From: Mobula hypostoma
Lineage: Eukaryota
Direction of reading: 5' to 3'
NCBI RefSeq assembly: GCF_963921235.1
Contig: NC_086097.1
Span: 107,138,001 to 107,202,000 of the forward strand
DNA length: 64,000 nucleotides
Shown: positions 50,443 to 62,490 of the stretch, piece by piece
Position numbering within the stretch: position 1 is the stretch's first letter
Layout of the letters: each line of letters begins with the position of its first letter
Made by a program: the position numbers and the translations under genes
Notes under the pieces: model-generated
What the model was told of the DNA's origin: nothing
What the model saw: only the letters and a program-made list of their open reading frames with translations
Databases searched by the model: none

Positions 50443-51564
50443 ATTACTTTCACGAACTACCAAAGATTCTGACCAAAACATTTAACTTAATTGTACCTAA
50501 CCTGACTGGTCTGGCTAGGAATAATTTTTTTGAGTTCTTTTCTCTGATTTTTTTTTTGCTGTTCACTACTGTTCACCACTCTCAGCTATCTTCTTTTTAT
50601 TCCTATCAGTGTTGTCACATGGAATCATGCATCTTGAGGTCAAGTCGGCTTTTGTTTCATAGTAGTTCATTCACAAGATGCTCCAATTCTAGTCTGACAA
50701 CAATATTTCAGATAAGCTGAAATCAAGCAGATCTCACATACAACACAAAATTAAATACATACAGCATAACAGCAAAAAATATGAACCAGGGCATTACAAC
50801 TGATTTTAAGTAATTACTAAAGAGGCTAGTTAATAGTCAGTTTTGTTACTGATCTCTGGTGTCGGATAAAGGGTAAGGAGAGATTCCTTTCCTCAAGAGG
50901 CACAAGTGAACCAGATGGGCTTTTAACAACAGAAGGGTATTTTCATTATTATCCAGTGTCAATACTAGCATTTTACGCAGCCTATGCCTACGTTCAGCAA
51001 GACCTGGACAATATATAGGCGCATGCTGATAAGTGGAATGTAACATTTTTACCATAAAGATACCAACCATTGACCAATTCCAACAAGAGAGAACCTAATC
51101 AACTGCCCCTGACCTACAGTGGTATTAACTATTGCTAAATACCCCCACCAAAGACATCATGGTGTCTTTGTCAACTCGTGTTTCAGTAGAACCAGCCTTA
51201 TAAGCACATTGCTGGGGGGGCTAGCATTAGGGACATCTCAGATTGGATCTATAACATTCCTAAGGAGGAGGGTAAGCAGACAGAGGTCATGGTCCACTCC
51301 AGTACCATTGGCAAAGACAGGAAGGGAGACTAGATTTTGCCAAGTGAGTTTGGGGAGTTAGGTGCTAATTTAAAGGCTAGCACCTCCAGATTGGTGATTT
51401 TAGGATTGCTAACCATGCCACCTGTTAGCAATAGAAAGATAATACAGTATATCACATGGCTAATGAGATGGTGTGGAGGGAGGGGGGGTGGTTTCAAAGT
51501 TTTAGATCATTGGACTCTCTTCCAGGGAGTGGAACTTGTACAAACAGGATGGTTTGCACTTGAA

Positions 51565-51790
51565 CTGTGCGTTCTCCCTGTAGATTTCCTCCAGCTGCTC
51601 CGGTTTCCTGTAACATTCCAAAAGACATATGGATTAGGATTAGTGAGTTGTGGGATGCTACGTTGGAGCAAGAAGTGAGCTGCCCAGCACAATCCTGATG
51701 ATTTGACTTGGCCAAGCAACGTATTTCACTGTATGTTACACTGCTTCAATGTACATGTGACAATAAAGCTAATCTTTAATCTTTGATCTT
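51565..51790 (+). mobile_element. Partial V-domain SINE
   Basis: ctgctccggtttcct core; catgtgacaataaagctaatctt tail. Confidence 0.7.
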
Positions 51791-51888
51791 TACTAGGGAA
51801 TTTGCATTGGGACTACAGAGCAGCTTGGGAGCTGAATTCTGAAGGAAGGCAGTTTTTTAAAAAACTTCGAGTGCAAGAAGGACAAGAA

Positions 51889-51900
51889 TGCGCAGGCGCA
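51889..51900 (+). promoter_or_regulatory. NRF1-like motif in the CpG-containing CR1 5' UTR
   Basis: TGCGCAGGCGCA, followed by tttaaaaag about 25 nt downstream; motif match only. Confidence 0.35.
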
Positions 51901-52213
51901 TGACATAACAGGACAACGCGAAGAGTTTAAAAAGACCACCCTATACAGCGGGCAGTGGAGTGAGTGGTAGCAGAGCGTAGGGCCTTGCTTCAATGGGCTT
52001 CAGCGGTAAACGGGAAGAGGCGAGAGCGAAGCTCCAACTCTTTTTTTTTCTTCTTCCCCCACCCCCTTTCGCGAATCGGCCTGGACAGACAGGAACAGTA
52101 GGGCTCTCACAGCTAAAGGTATGAGCTAATGGTTTAAAAAGTTCGTCTGTTTGGCGAGGTAAGTGAGTGAGTAGACTTATTTTTCCTGTTTCATTCCTGT
52201 AGAATTAGATAGC

Positions 52214-53137
52214 ATGCCTGCAGGGTTAGTGCTTTGTTCAAGCTGTCAGATGTGGGAATCCTGGGAGACCTCCAGCCTCCCCGACGGCCACATCTGTGCC
52301 AGGTGCACCGAGATGCAGCTCCTCAGAGACCGTGTTAGGGATCTGGAGCTGCAGCTTGATGACCTACTGCTTATCAGGGAAAGTGAAGAGGTGATAGACA
52401 GGAACTACAGGGAGATAGTCATGCCTAGGCTACAGGAGTCAGAAAACTGGGTCACTGTCAAGAGAGGGAAGGGAAATGCTTGGATAGTGGAGAGCAGACC
52501 TGTGGCTGTCCCCCTCAGCAACAAATATCTTGTTCTGGATGCTGTTGAGGGGGATGACCTGACAGGGGACGCCCACGGTGACCGGGTCTCTGGCACTGTT
52601 GTGCAGGAGGGAAGGAGGGAGAAGAGGAACACGGTAGTCATAGGGGATTCCATAGTTAGGAGAACGGACAGGAGATTCTGTGAGCCTGATAGAGATACCA
52701 GCATGGTGTGTTGCCTCACAGGTGCCAGGGTACGGGATGTCTCGGATCGGGTCCTGAATATTCTGAAGGGGGAGGGTGAGCAGCCAGTTGTCTTGGTACA
52801 TGTTGGTACCAATGACATCGATAGGACAAGGGAGGAGGTCCTGAAGAGAGATTTCTGGGAGTTAGGAAGGAAGCTGAGAAGCAGGACCTCCAGGGTAGTA
52901 ATCTCGGGATTGCTACCTGTGCCACGTGATAGCGAGGGCAAGAATAGTAGGATCAGGCAGATGAATGCATGGCTGAGAGACTGGTGCAGGAGGCAGGGCT
53001 TCAGATTCTTGGATAATTGGGATCTGTTCTGGGGGAAGTATGACCTGTTCAAAATGGACAGGTTACACCTGAACCCGAAGGGGACCAATATCCTGGCGGC
53101 GAAGTTTAATAGAGCTGTTAGGGAGGGTTTAAACTAA
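52214..53137 (+). CDS. CR1 ORF1 protein: zinc finger, coiled coil, SGNH esterase
   Basis: Uninterrupted 307 aa: CSSC...HICARC, VIGDSIV, HVGTND, DRLH. Confidence 0.9.
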   Translation: MPAGLVLCSSCQMWESWETSSLPDGHICARCTEMQLLRDRVRDLELQLDDLLLIRESEEVIDRNYREIVMPRLQESENWVTVKRGKGNAWIVESRPVAVPLSNKYLVLDAVEGDDLTGDAHGDRVSGTVVQEGRREKRNTVVIGDSIVRRTDRRFCEPDRDTSMVCCLTGARVRDVSDRVLNILKGEGEQPVVLVHVGTNDIDRTREEVLKRDFWELGRKLRSRTSRVVISGLLPVPRDSEGKNSRIRQMNAWLRDWCRRQGFRFLDNWDLFWGKYDLFKMDRLHLNPKGTNILAAKFNRAVREGLN

Positions 53138-55730
53138 TTTGGCAGGGGGATGGGAACCAGACTGATAGAGCGGAGGAAGGGGAAAACAAAAATAAATCTA
53201 TGATATTGAGCAGTAAAGATGTCAGGAAAGACAGGCAGGTGATGGGGCAAATTTATAGCCATTGGGATGAGTTGCAGTGCAATAAAGTTACAGTGAAATC
53301 AAAGAGAAAAGTACCAAATACTCGTCTTAAGGTGTTATGCACGCAGCATAAGGAATAAGGTGGATGATCTTGTCATACAGCTACAGATGGGCAGGTATGA
53401 TACTGTGGCCATCACTGAGACCTGGTTAAAGGATGCATGTCTCTGGGAGCTGAACGTCCAAGGATACACGGTGTATCGGAAGGATAGGAAGGTAGGCAGA
53501 GGGGGAGGCGTGGCTTTATTGGTAAGAAATGATATTAAATCATTAGAAAGAGGTGATATAGGATCGGAAGGCGCAGAATCTTTATGGGTTGAGCTAAGAA
53601 ATCGCAGGGGTAAAAGGACCGTGATGGCAGTTATTTATAGGCCTCCAAACAGCTGCAGGGATGTGGACTACAAATTACAACAGGAAATAAAAAAGGCTTG
53701 TCAGAAGGGCAGTGTTATGATAATTGTGGGGGATTTTAACATGTGAGTGGTTTGGGAAAATCAGGTCGGCACTGGATCTCAAGAGAGGGAATTTGTAGAA
53801 TGTCTGCGAGATGGCTTTTTAGAACAGCTTGTTGTTGAGCCCACTAGGGGATCGGCTGTACTGGATTGGGTATTGTGTAATGAACCGGAGGTGATTAGAG
53901 AGATTGAGGTGAAAGAACCCTTAGGAGGCAGTGATCATAACATGATTGAGTTCACTGTGACGTTTGAAAAAGAGAAGCCAAAATCTGATGTGTTGGCGTT
54001 TCAGTGGAGTAAAGGAAATTACAGTGGCATGAGAGAAGAACTGGCCAAAGTTGACTGGAAAGGAACACTGGCGGGAAGGATGGCAGAGCAGCAGTGGCTG
54101 GAGTTTATGCGAGAAATGAGGAAGGTGCAAAACAGGTATATTCCAAAAAAGAAGAAATTTTTGGAAAAAGGATGCAACCGTGGTTGACAAGAGAAGTTAA
54201 AGCCAAAGTTAAAGCAAAGGAGAGGGCATACAAGGAAGCAAAAATTAGTGGGAAGACAGAGGATTGGGAAGTTTTTAAAAGCTTACAAAAGGAAACTAAG
54301 AAGGTCCTTATGAGGGAAAAGATTAACTATGAAAGGAAGCTAGCAAATAATATCAAAGAGGATACTAAAAGCTTTTTCAAGTATATAAAGAGTAAAAGAC
54401 AGGTGAGAGTAGATATAGGACTGATAGAAAATGATGCTGGAGAAATTGTAATGGGAAATAAGGAGATGGCGGAGGAACTGAACGAGTATTTTGCATCAGT
54501 CTTCACTGAGGAAGACATCAGCAGTATACTGGACACTCAAGGGTGGCAGGGAAGAGAAGTGTGCGCAGTCACAATTACGACAGAGAAAGTACTCCGGAAG
54601 CTGAATAGTCTAAAGGTAAATAAATCTCCTGGACCAGATGGAATGCACCCTCATGTTTTGAAGGAAGTAGCTGTGAAGATTGCGGAGGCATTAGTGATGA
54701 TCTTTCAAAAGTCGATAGATTCTGGCATGGTTCCGGAGGACTGGAAGATTGCAAATGTCACTCCACTATTTAAGAAGGGGGCAAGGAAGCAAAAAGGAAA
54801 TTATAGACCTGTTAGCTTGACGTCGGTGGTTGGGAAGTTGTTGGAGTCGATTGTCAAGGATGAGGTTACAGAGTACCTGGAGGCATATGACAAGATAGGC
54901 AGAACTCACCATGGATTCCTTAAAGGAAAATCCTGCCTGACAAACCTATTACAATTTTTTGAGGGAATTACAAGTAGGCTAGACAAGGGAGATGCAGTGG
55001 ATGTTGTATATTTGGATTTTCAGAAGGCCTTTGACCAGGTGCCACACATGAAGGCTACTTAACAAGATAAGAGCCCATGGAATTACGGGAAAGTTACATA
55101 CCTTGATAGAGCATTGGCTGATTGGCAGGAAACAGAGATTGGAAATAAAGGGATCCTATTCTGGTTGGCTGTTGGTTACCAGTGGTGTTCTACAGGGGTC
55201 CGTGTTGGGGACGCTTCTTTTTACATTGTACATCAACGATTTGGATTATGGAATAGATGGCTTTGTGGCTAAGTTTGCTGACGATATGAAGATAGCTGGA
55301 GGGGCCGGTGGTGCTGAGGAAACAGAGAGTCTGCAGAGAGACTTGGATAAATTGGAAGAATGGGCAAGGAAGTGGCAAATGAAGTACAATGTTGGAAAGT
55401 GTATGGTTATGCACTTTGGCAGAAGAAATAAACGGGCAGACTATTATTTAAATGGGGAAAGAATTCAAAGTTCTGCGATGCAACGGGATTTGGGAGTCCT
55501 CGTACAGGATACTCTTAAGGTTAACCTCCAAGTTGAGTTGGTGGTGAAGAAAGCAAATGCAATGTTGGCATTCATTTCTAGAGAATAGAGTATAGGAGCA
55601 GGGATGTGATGTTGAGGCTCTGTAAGGCGCTGGTGAGAACTCACTTGGAGTACTATGGGCAGTTTTGGTCTCCTTATTTAAGAAAGAATGTGCTGAGAGA
55701 AGGTTCACTAGAATGATTCCGGGAATGAGA

Positions 55731-58657
55731 ATATTTGTATAAGGGCTAAGAGAGTTGTAAAAGTGCGCCTGAAGGCTTTGTGTGTCAATGCAAGGAGCAT
55801 TCGTAACAAGGTGGATGAGTTGAAAGTGCAGATTGTTATTAATGAATATGATATAGTTGGGATCACGGAGACATGGCTCCAGGGTGACCAAGGCTGGGAG
55901 CTCAACATTCAGGGATATTCAATATTCAGGAGGGATAGACATGAAAGAAAAGGAGGTGGGGGGCGTTGCTGGTTAGAGAGGAGATTAACGCAATAGAAAG
56001 GAAGGACATAAGCCGGGAAGATGTGGAATTGATATGGGTAGAGCTGCATAACACTAAGGGGCAGAAAACGCTGGCGGGAGTTGTGTACAGGCCACCTAAC
56101 AGTAGTAGTGAGGTTGGGGATGGTATTAAACAGGATTAGAAATGTGTGCAATAAAGGAACAGCAGTTATAATGGGTGACTTCAATCTATATGTAGATTGG
56201 GTGAACCAAATTGGTAAGGGTGCTGAGGAAGAGGATTTCTTGGAATGTATGCGGGATGGTTTTTTGAACCAACCTGTCGAGGAACCAACTAGAGAGCAGG
56301 CTATTCTAGACTGGGTATTGAGCAATGAGGAAGGGTTAATTAGCAATCTTGCCGTGAGAGGCCCCTTGGGTAAGAGTGACCATAATATGGTGGAATTCTT
56401 CATTAAGGTGGAGAGTGACATAGTTAATTCAGAAACAAAGGTTCTGAACTTAAAGAAGGGTAACTTTGAAGGTATGAGATGTGAATTAGCTAAGATAGAC
56501 TGGCAAATGACACTTAAAGAGTTGACGGTGGATATGCAATGGCAAACATTTAAAGATTGCATGGATGAACTACAACAATTGTTCATCCCAGTTTGGCAAA
56601 AGAATGAATCAAGGAAGGTAGTGCACCCGTGGCTGACAAGGGAAATTAGGGATAGTATCAATTCCAAAGAAGAAGCATACAAATTAGCCAGTAAAAGTGG
56701 CTCACCTGAGGACTGGGAGAAATTCAGAGTTCAGCAGAGGAGGACAAAGGGCTTAATTAGGAAGGGGAAAAGAGATTATGAGAGAAAACTGACAGGGAAC
56801 ATAAAAACTGACTGTAAAAGCTTTTATAGATATGTGAAAAGAAAAAGATTGGTTAAGACAAATGTAGGTCCCCTACAGACAGAAACAGGTGAATTGATTA
56901 TGGGGAGCAAGGACATGGCAGACCAATTGAATGACTACTTTGGTTCTGTCTTCACTAAGGAGGACATAAATCTTTGGGAAATAGTAGGGGACAGAGGGTC
57001 CAGTGAGATGGCAGAACTGAGAGAAATACATGTTAGTAGGGAAGTGGTGTTAGGTAAATTGAAGAGATTAAAGGCAGATAAATCCCCAGGGCCAGATGGT
57101 CTGCATCCCAGAGTGCTTAAGAAAGTAGCCCAAGAAATAGTGGATGCATTAGTGATAATTTTTCAAAACTCTTTAGATTCTGGACTAGTTCCTGAGGATT
57201 GGAGGGTGGCTAATGTAACCCCACTTTTTAAAAAAGGAGGGAGAGAGAAACCAGGGAATTATAGACCGGTTAGCCTAACATCGGTGGTGGGGAAACTGCT
57301 AGAGTCAGTTATCAAAGATGTGATAACAGCACATTTGGAAAGCGGTGAAATCATCGGACAAAGTCAGCATGGATTTGTGAAAGGAAAATCATGTCTGACG
57401 AATCTCATAGAATTTTTTGAGGATGTAACTAGTAGAGTGGATAGGGGAGAACCAGTGGATGTGGTATATTTGGATTTTCAAAAGGCTTTTGACAAGGTCC
57501 CACACAGGAGATTAGTGTGCAAACTTAAAGCACACAGTATTGGGGGTAAGGTATTGATGTGGATAGAGAATTGGTTGGCAGACAGGAAGCAAAGAGTGGG
57601 AATAAACGGGACCTTTTCAGAATGGCAGGCAGTGACTAGTGGGGTACTGCAAGGCTCAGTGCTGGGACCCCAGTTGTTTACAATAAATATTAATGACTTG
57701 GATGAGGGAATTAAATGCAGCATCTCCAAGTTTGCGGATGACACGAAGCTGGGCGGCAGTGTTAGCTGTGAGGAGGATGCTAAGAGGATGCAGGGTGACT
57801 TGGATAGGTTAGGTGAGTGGGCAAATTCATGGCAGATGCAATTTAATGTGGATAAATGTGAAGTTATCCACTTTGGTGGCAAAAACAGGAAAACAGATTA
57901 CTATCTGAATGGTGGCCGATTAGGAAAAGGGGATGTGCAATGAGACCTGGGTGTCATTATACACCAGTCATTGAAAGTGGGCATGCAGGTACAGCAGGCG
58001 GTGAAAAAGGCGAATGGTATGTTGGCATTTATAGCTAGAGGATTCGAGTACAGGAGCAGGGAGGTACTACTGCAGTTGTACGAGGCCTTGGTGAGACCAC
58101 ACCTGGAGTATTGTGTGCAGTTTTGGTCCCCTAATCTGAGGAAAGACATCCTTGCCATAGAGGGAGTACAAAGAAGGTTCACCAGATTGATTCCTGGGAT
58201 GGCAGGACTTTCATCTGATGAAAGACTGGATGAACTAGGCTTATACTCGTTGGAATTTAGAAGATTGAGGGGGGATCTGATTGAAACGTATAAAATCCTA
58301 AAGGGATTGGACAGGCTAGATGCAGGAAGATTGTTCCCGATGTTGGGGAAGTCCAGAACGAGGGGTCACAGTTTGAGGATGAAGGGGAAGCCTTTTAGGA
58401 CCGAGATGAGGAAAAACTTCTTCACACAGAGAGTGGTGAATCTGTGGAATTCTCTGCCACAGGAAACAGTTGAGGCCAGTTCATTGGCTATATTTAAGAG
58501 GGAGTTAGATATGGCCCTTGTGGCTACGGGGATCAGGGGGTATGGAGGGAAGGCTGGTGCAGGGTTCTGAGTTGGATGATCAGCCATGATCATACTTAAT
58601 GGTGGTGCAGGCTCCAAGGGCGAATGGCCTACTCCTGCACCTATTTTCTATGTTTCT
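55731..58657 (+). mobile_element. CR1 lineage A ORF2 copy nested in lineage C
   Basis: ORFs 55763-55996, 56081-57943, 57971-58570; 6-bp TSD atgaga at 55725-55730 and 58658-58663. Confidence 0.95.
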
Positions 58658-59119
58658 ATGAGAGGGTTAACATATGAGGAACGTTTGTCCGCTCTCGGAC
58701 TGTATTCCTTGGAGTTTAGAAGAATGAGGGGAGACCTCATAGAAACATTTCGAATGTTGAAATGCATGGACAGGGTGGATGTGGCAAAGTTGTTTTCCAT
58801 GATGGGGCAGTCTAGTATGAGAGGGCATGACTTAAGGATTGAAGGAGGCCCACTCAGAACAGAAATGCGAAGAAATTTTTTTAGTCAGAGGGTGGTAAAT
58901 CTATGGAATTTGTTGCCACGTGCAACAGTGGAGGCCAAGTTATTGGGTGTATTTAAGGCAGAGATTGATAGGTATCTGAGTAGTCAGGGCATCAAAGGTT
59001 ATGGTGAGAAGGCAGGGGTGTGGGACTAAATAGGAGAATGGATCAGCTCATGATAAAATGGTGGAGCAGACTCGATGGGCTGAATGGCCGACTTCTGCTC
59101 CTTTGTCTTATAGAATGAG

Positions 59120-61050
59120 ACAGGGCAGGTGAAAGAAGTGTATAGTGGAATACGTCTTATGATTGGAATGCCATTAGTTTAAAGATAATTATGGAGACAG
59201 ATAGGATTGGTCCTTGGGTTGAGATTCTAAATTGAAGAAATACCTATTTCATGGCATCAGAAAGGATTTGGCAGGTGTGGATTGCGACGGGAATGTTTGC
59301 TAAGTGTGAAGCCTTCAAAAGTGAAATATTAAAAGTATGGAGTTTGTATATTTCTTTTAGAATAAAGGTCAAGGCTAAAATTTTTTTGGAACCTTGATTT
59401 TTGAGAGGTATTGAGGTCCTAGTTAAGAAGAAGAAGGAGATATATCGCAAATAGAGACAGCAAAGAATAAATATGGCACTTGAGGAGTATAAGAAATGTA
59501 AGAGAACATTTAACAGGGCTAAATCTGATTGCTCTGGCAGACAAGGTGAAAGAGAATCTCAAGGACCTCTACAGATATATTAAGTAAAAGGATAGCAAGG
59601 GACAAAATTGGTCCATTTGAAGTATAGCGTAGTCATTTATGCATGGAGCCAAAAAGGACTTTTGTATCAGTATTTACTCAAGATATGGACATAGAGTCTA
59701 TATACAGTAACTGAGACAAAACAGTTGTGAAGTCATGGACTATATTTGGATTACAGAAAAGGAAATGCTTTCTGTCTTGAGGCAAATTAGGGAGAAGATG
59801 TCCCCTTGGGCCTTATTGGAGGCCAGTGCAGAAATTGCAGGGTCTCTAGCACAGAAGTATTTAAAACATTGTTAATAATGGGTGAGATGCTAGAGGACTG
59901 AAGCATAGTTAATATTCTTCATTCTTCAAGAAAGGTTCTAAGAATAAATTGGGAAACTACAGGCCAATGGGCCTGATGTCAGTAGTGGTTAAGTTATTAG
60001 AGGGTATTCTAGGGGATTGGATATATAAGTATTTGGATAGACAGCGACTGATTAGCCATTGTTTCTCAGCATAGGGTCCATAGACACCTTGCTTAATGCC
60101 ATTGGTCCCATGGCATAAAAAAAGCTGGGAACCCCTAGATTAGAGATAGTCAACATGGCTTTATGGTCGTGTCTAACCAATCTTATAGAATTTTTTGAGG
60201 AGATTTCTGGAAATATGATGAAAGAAAGTCAGTGTGCATTGTCTTCATGGAATTAGTAAGCCCTTTGACAGAGTCCCCCATGGGATGCTGGTCCAGAAGC
60301 ATCAGTCACTTGGCATTTAGGATTTGATTCCATATTGGATTAGTAGGAAAAGCTAGAGAATGGTAGTAGGTGCTTACCTCTGACTGGAGATCTGTACTAG
60401 CAGGAGTTGGTGCTGGGTCCGTTGTTGTTTATCATCTATATCAATGATCTGGATGTTAATGTGGTAAACTGAATCAGCAAATTTGCAGATGACACTAAGA
60501 TAGGGGGTGTAGTGGACAATAAGGAAAACTATCAAAGCTTGTAGCAGGATCTGGACGAGCTGGAAAAATAGGCTGAAAAATGGTAGATGGAACTTAATGT
60601 AGACAAGTGTGAGGTGTTGCACTTTGGGAGGTCAAACCATGATAGGACTTACACAGTGAATGGTTGGGAACTGAGGAATGAGGTAGAACAAAGGGATCTT
60701 GGAATGCAGATTCGTAATTTCTTGAAAGTGCATCACAGGTAGATAAGGTCAAAAAGAAAGCTTTTGGCATTTAACCTTTATAAATCAGAGTATTGAGTGA
60801 AGTTGCGATGTTATGTTGAAGTTGTTCAAGATGTTGGCAAGACCAAATCTGGTTTATTATTTGCAGTTCTGGTCAGCTACTGGTGGAAATTGTGGATGCA
60901 AGTTCAATTGAATCAATTAAGAAAAGTTTGGATGTGCATGAATAGAAAGGGTATGGAGGACTAAGGTCCAGATACAATTTGATGGGTCTAGGCAGAATAA
61001 CAGTTTGGCATGGATTAGGTGGGACAAAGGGCTTTTCTGTTGACCCAGAT
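59120..61050 (+). mobile_element. Old degenerate CR1 ORF2
   Basis: aactacaggcca, tttgcagatgacactaag, aagtgtgaggtgttgcactttggg motifs with many stops. Confidence 0.8.
60057..60137. mobile_element. hAT-type MITE, same family as 19987-20066 in opposite orientation
   Basis: ccatggcataaaaaaagctgggaacccct is the reverse-complement homologue; gattag on both flanks. Confidence 0.6.
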
Positions 61051-61342
61051 GAGTGCATTCCAACAGCCTTCAAGAAGCTCAACAACATTCAGAATAAGCA
61101 ATCTAGATGACCGATTACCTCAACCACCACTCTACAGTACATTTTCATTTATTCTACCACCAGCTCACAATGGCTGCAGTGTGTTATTCACAATCTGCAT
61201 GCAGTGGCTGTCTAGGTACTCTGACAGTAATTTCCGGCCCATGAACTCCGCCATCAAGAAGGATAATGGCAACAGACACAGGGACACCACTACTTGTAGC
61301 TTTCTCTCCAAGCTGCACACCATTCTCATTTGGAAAGAAGAG

Positions 61343-62018
61343 AAGATGGCAACGCGATGCAGCGCGCAGCGGGCACTCCTGTGATGAATATCTGTTATTT
61401 GTCAAGTAGGATGCCGTGCACAATCCTGATTTGATGGAGACAGACGTGAGAAGCATGGAGGAACATCTGGTGAAACTTCTGAAATGCCTGTTTCGCTGCC
61501 GCTGCTACTGTGCAATCCAGAATCTCCAGAGGGAAAGCCCTGAATCCTTGGCTTTGCCTATTGCTTGGCGGCTGGGGCCGGGGTCGAAGCGCTCGGCAGA
61601 GATGGTGCTTGGTGCTTGGTGTCGGAGGGCTGGTCAGAGGCTCGAAGTTTTCGGACGGACTCAGAGTCGGCTGTGGTCAGGTGCTTCCAGGGTGCTGCAT
61701 CAGCAAGTTTGCAGCCCTGGAAGTTCATGGCAGGGAGAGTTTCTTCCTTCTACCATCTGCGTGAGATGATGGGGCTATCAGGACTTTGAGACTTTTATTT
61801 TACCATGCCCATAGTCTGCCCTTTATCAAATTACGGTATTACGGTAGTGTTGTAACTATATGTTATAATTATGTGTTTTTTGTCAGTTTTAGTCTTGGTC
61901 TGTCTTGTGTTTTTCTGATATCATACTGGAGGAACATTGTATCATTTCTTAATGCATGCATGCATTTCTAAATGACAATAAACGAGGATTGAGTGTCCTC
62001 ATAATCTAATCTAATCTA
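61343..62018 (+). mobile_element. Apparently full-length non-coding retroposon (AAGATGGC start, AATAAA plus (AATCT)n tail)
   Basis: Second copy at 9880-10306(-); no recognisable ORF. Confidence 0.75.
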
Positions 62019-62154
62019 AAAAATATATATCATTTGTCACTAATTGTCATTGGCTATAAATTCTGGAACTTCCAATTTGATCTTCTCATGACCTTTGGGG
62101 ATTTCTTCTGAGTGCTCTGGTTTCCTGCCACATTCCAAAGACATACAAGTTGGG

Positions 62155-62490
62155 TTATTCCCCAATCTGAGCTTTTACCTCTTCTCACTTGCCTATTGCA
62201 AGCCCCTGGGTCTTCTCCTTCCCTTTCTCCTGTGGCCTTTCTCCTCTCCAGCCCTTAACACTTTCCTACCCACCTGGCATCACCTATCACCTTCCAGCTA
62301 GCCTTTTTCCCCCTCTCCCCACCTTTATATTCTGTCATCTTTCCCCTTCCTTCTCAGTCCTGAAGAAGGGTCTCAGCCTGAAACATCGAATGTTTATTTA
62401 TTTCCTTAGACACTACTGACCTGGTGAGTTCCTCCAGCACTTTGTGTGTGTTGCTCAGATTTCCAGCATGTGCAGACGTCCTCGTGTTTA
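62155..62490 (+). mobile_element. PLE 3' UTR/pLTR with hammerhead motif (62355-62392), inserted in a V-domain SINE (about 62095-62635)
   Basis: CAGTC-CTGAAGA-AGGGTCTCAGCCT-GAAACATC-GAATG; SINE core before and SINE tail after. Confidence 0.75.

Larger units (their letters stand above)
51795..59110 (+). mobile_element. Full-length CR1 lineage C (5' UTR, intact ORF1, disrupted ORF2), interrupted by a lineage A copy
   Basis: ORF1 52214-53137; ORF2 pieces 53360-55588 resume at 58658-59029; 3' hairpin tail at about 59040-59110. Confidence 0.93.
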
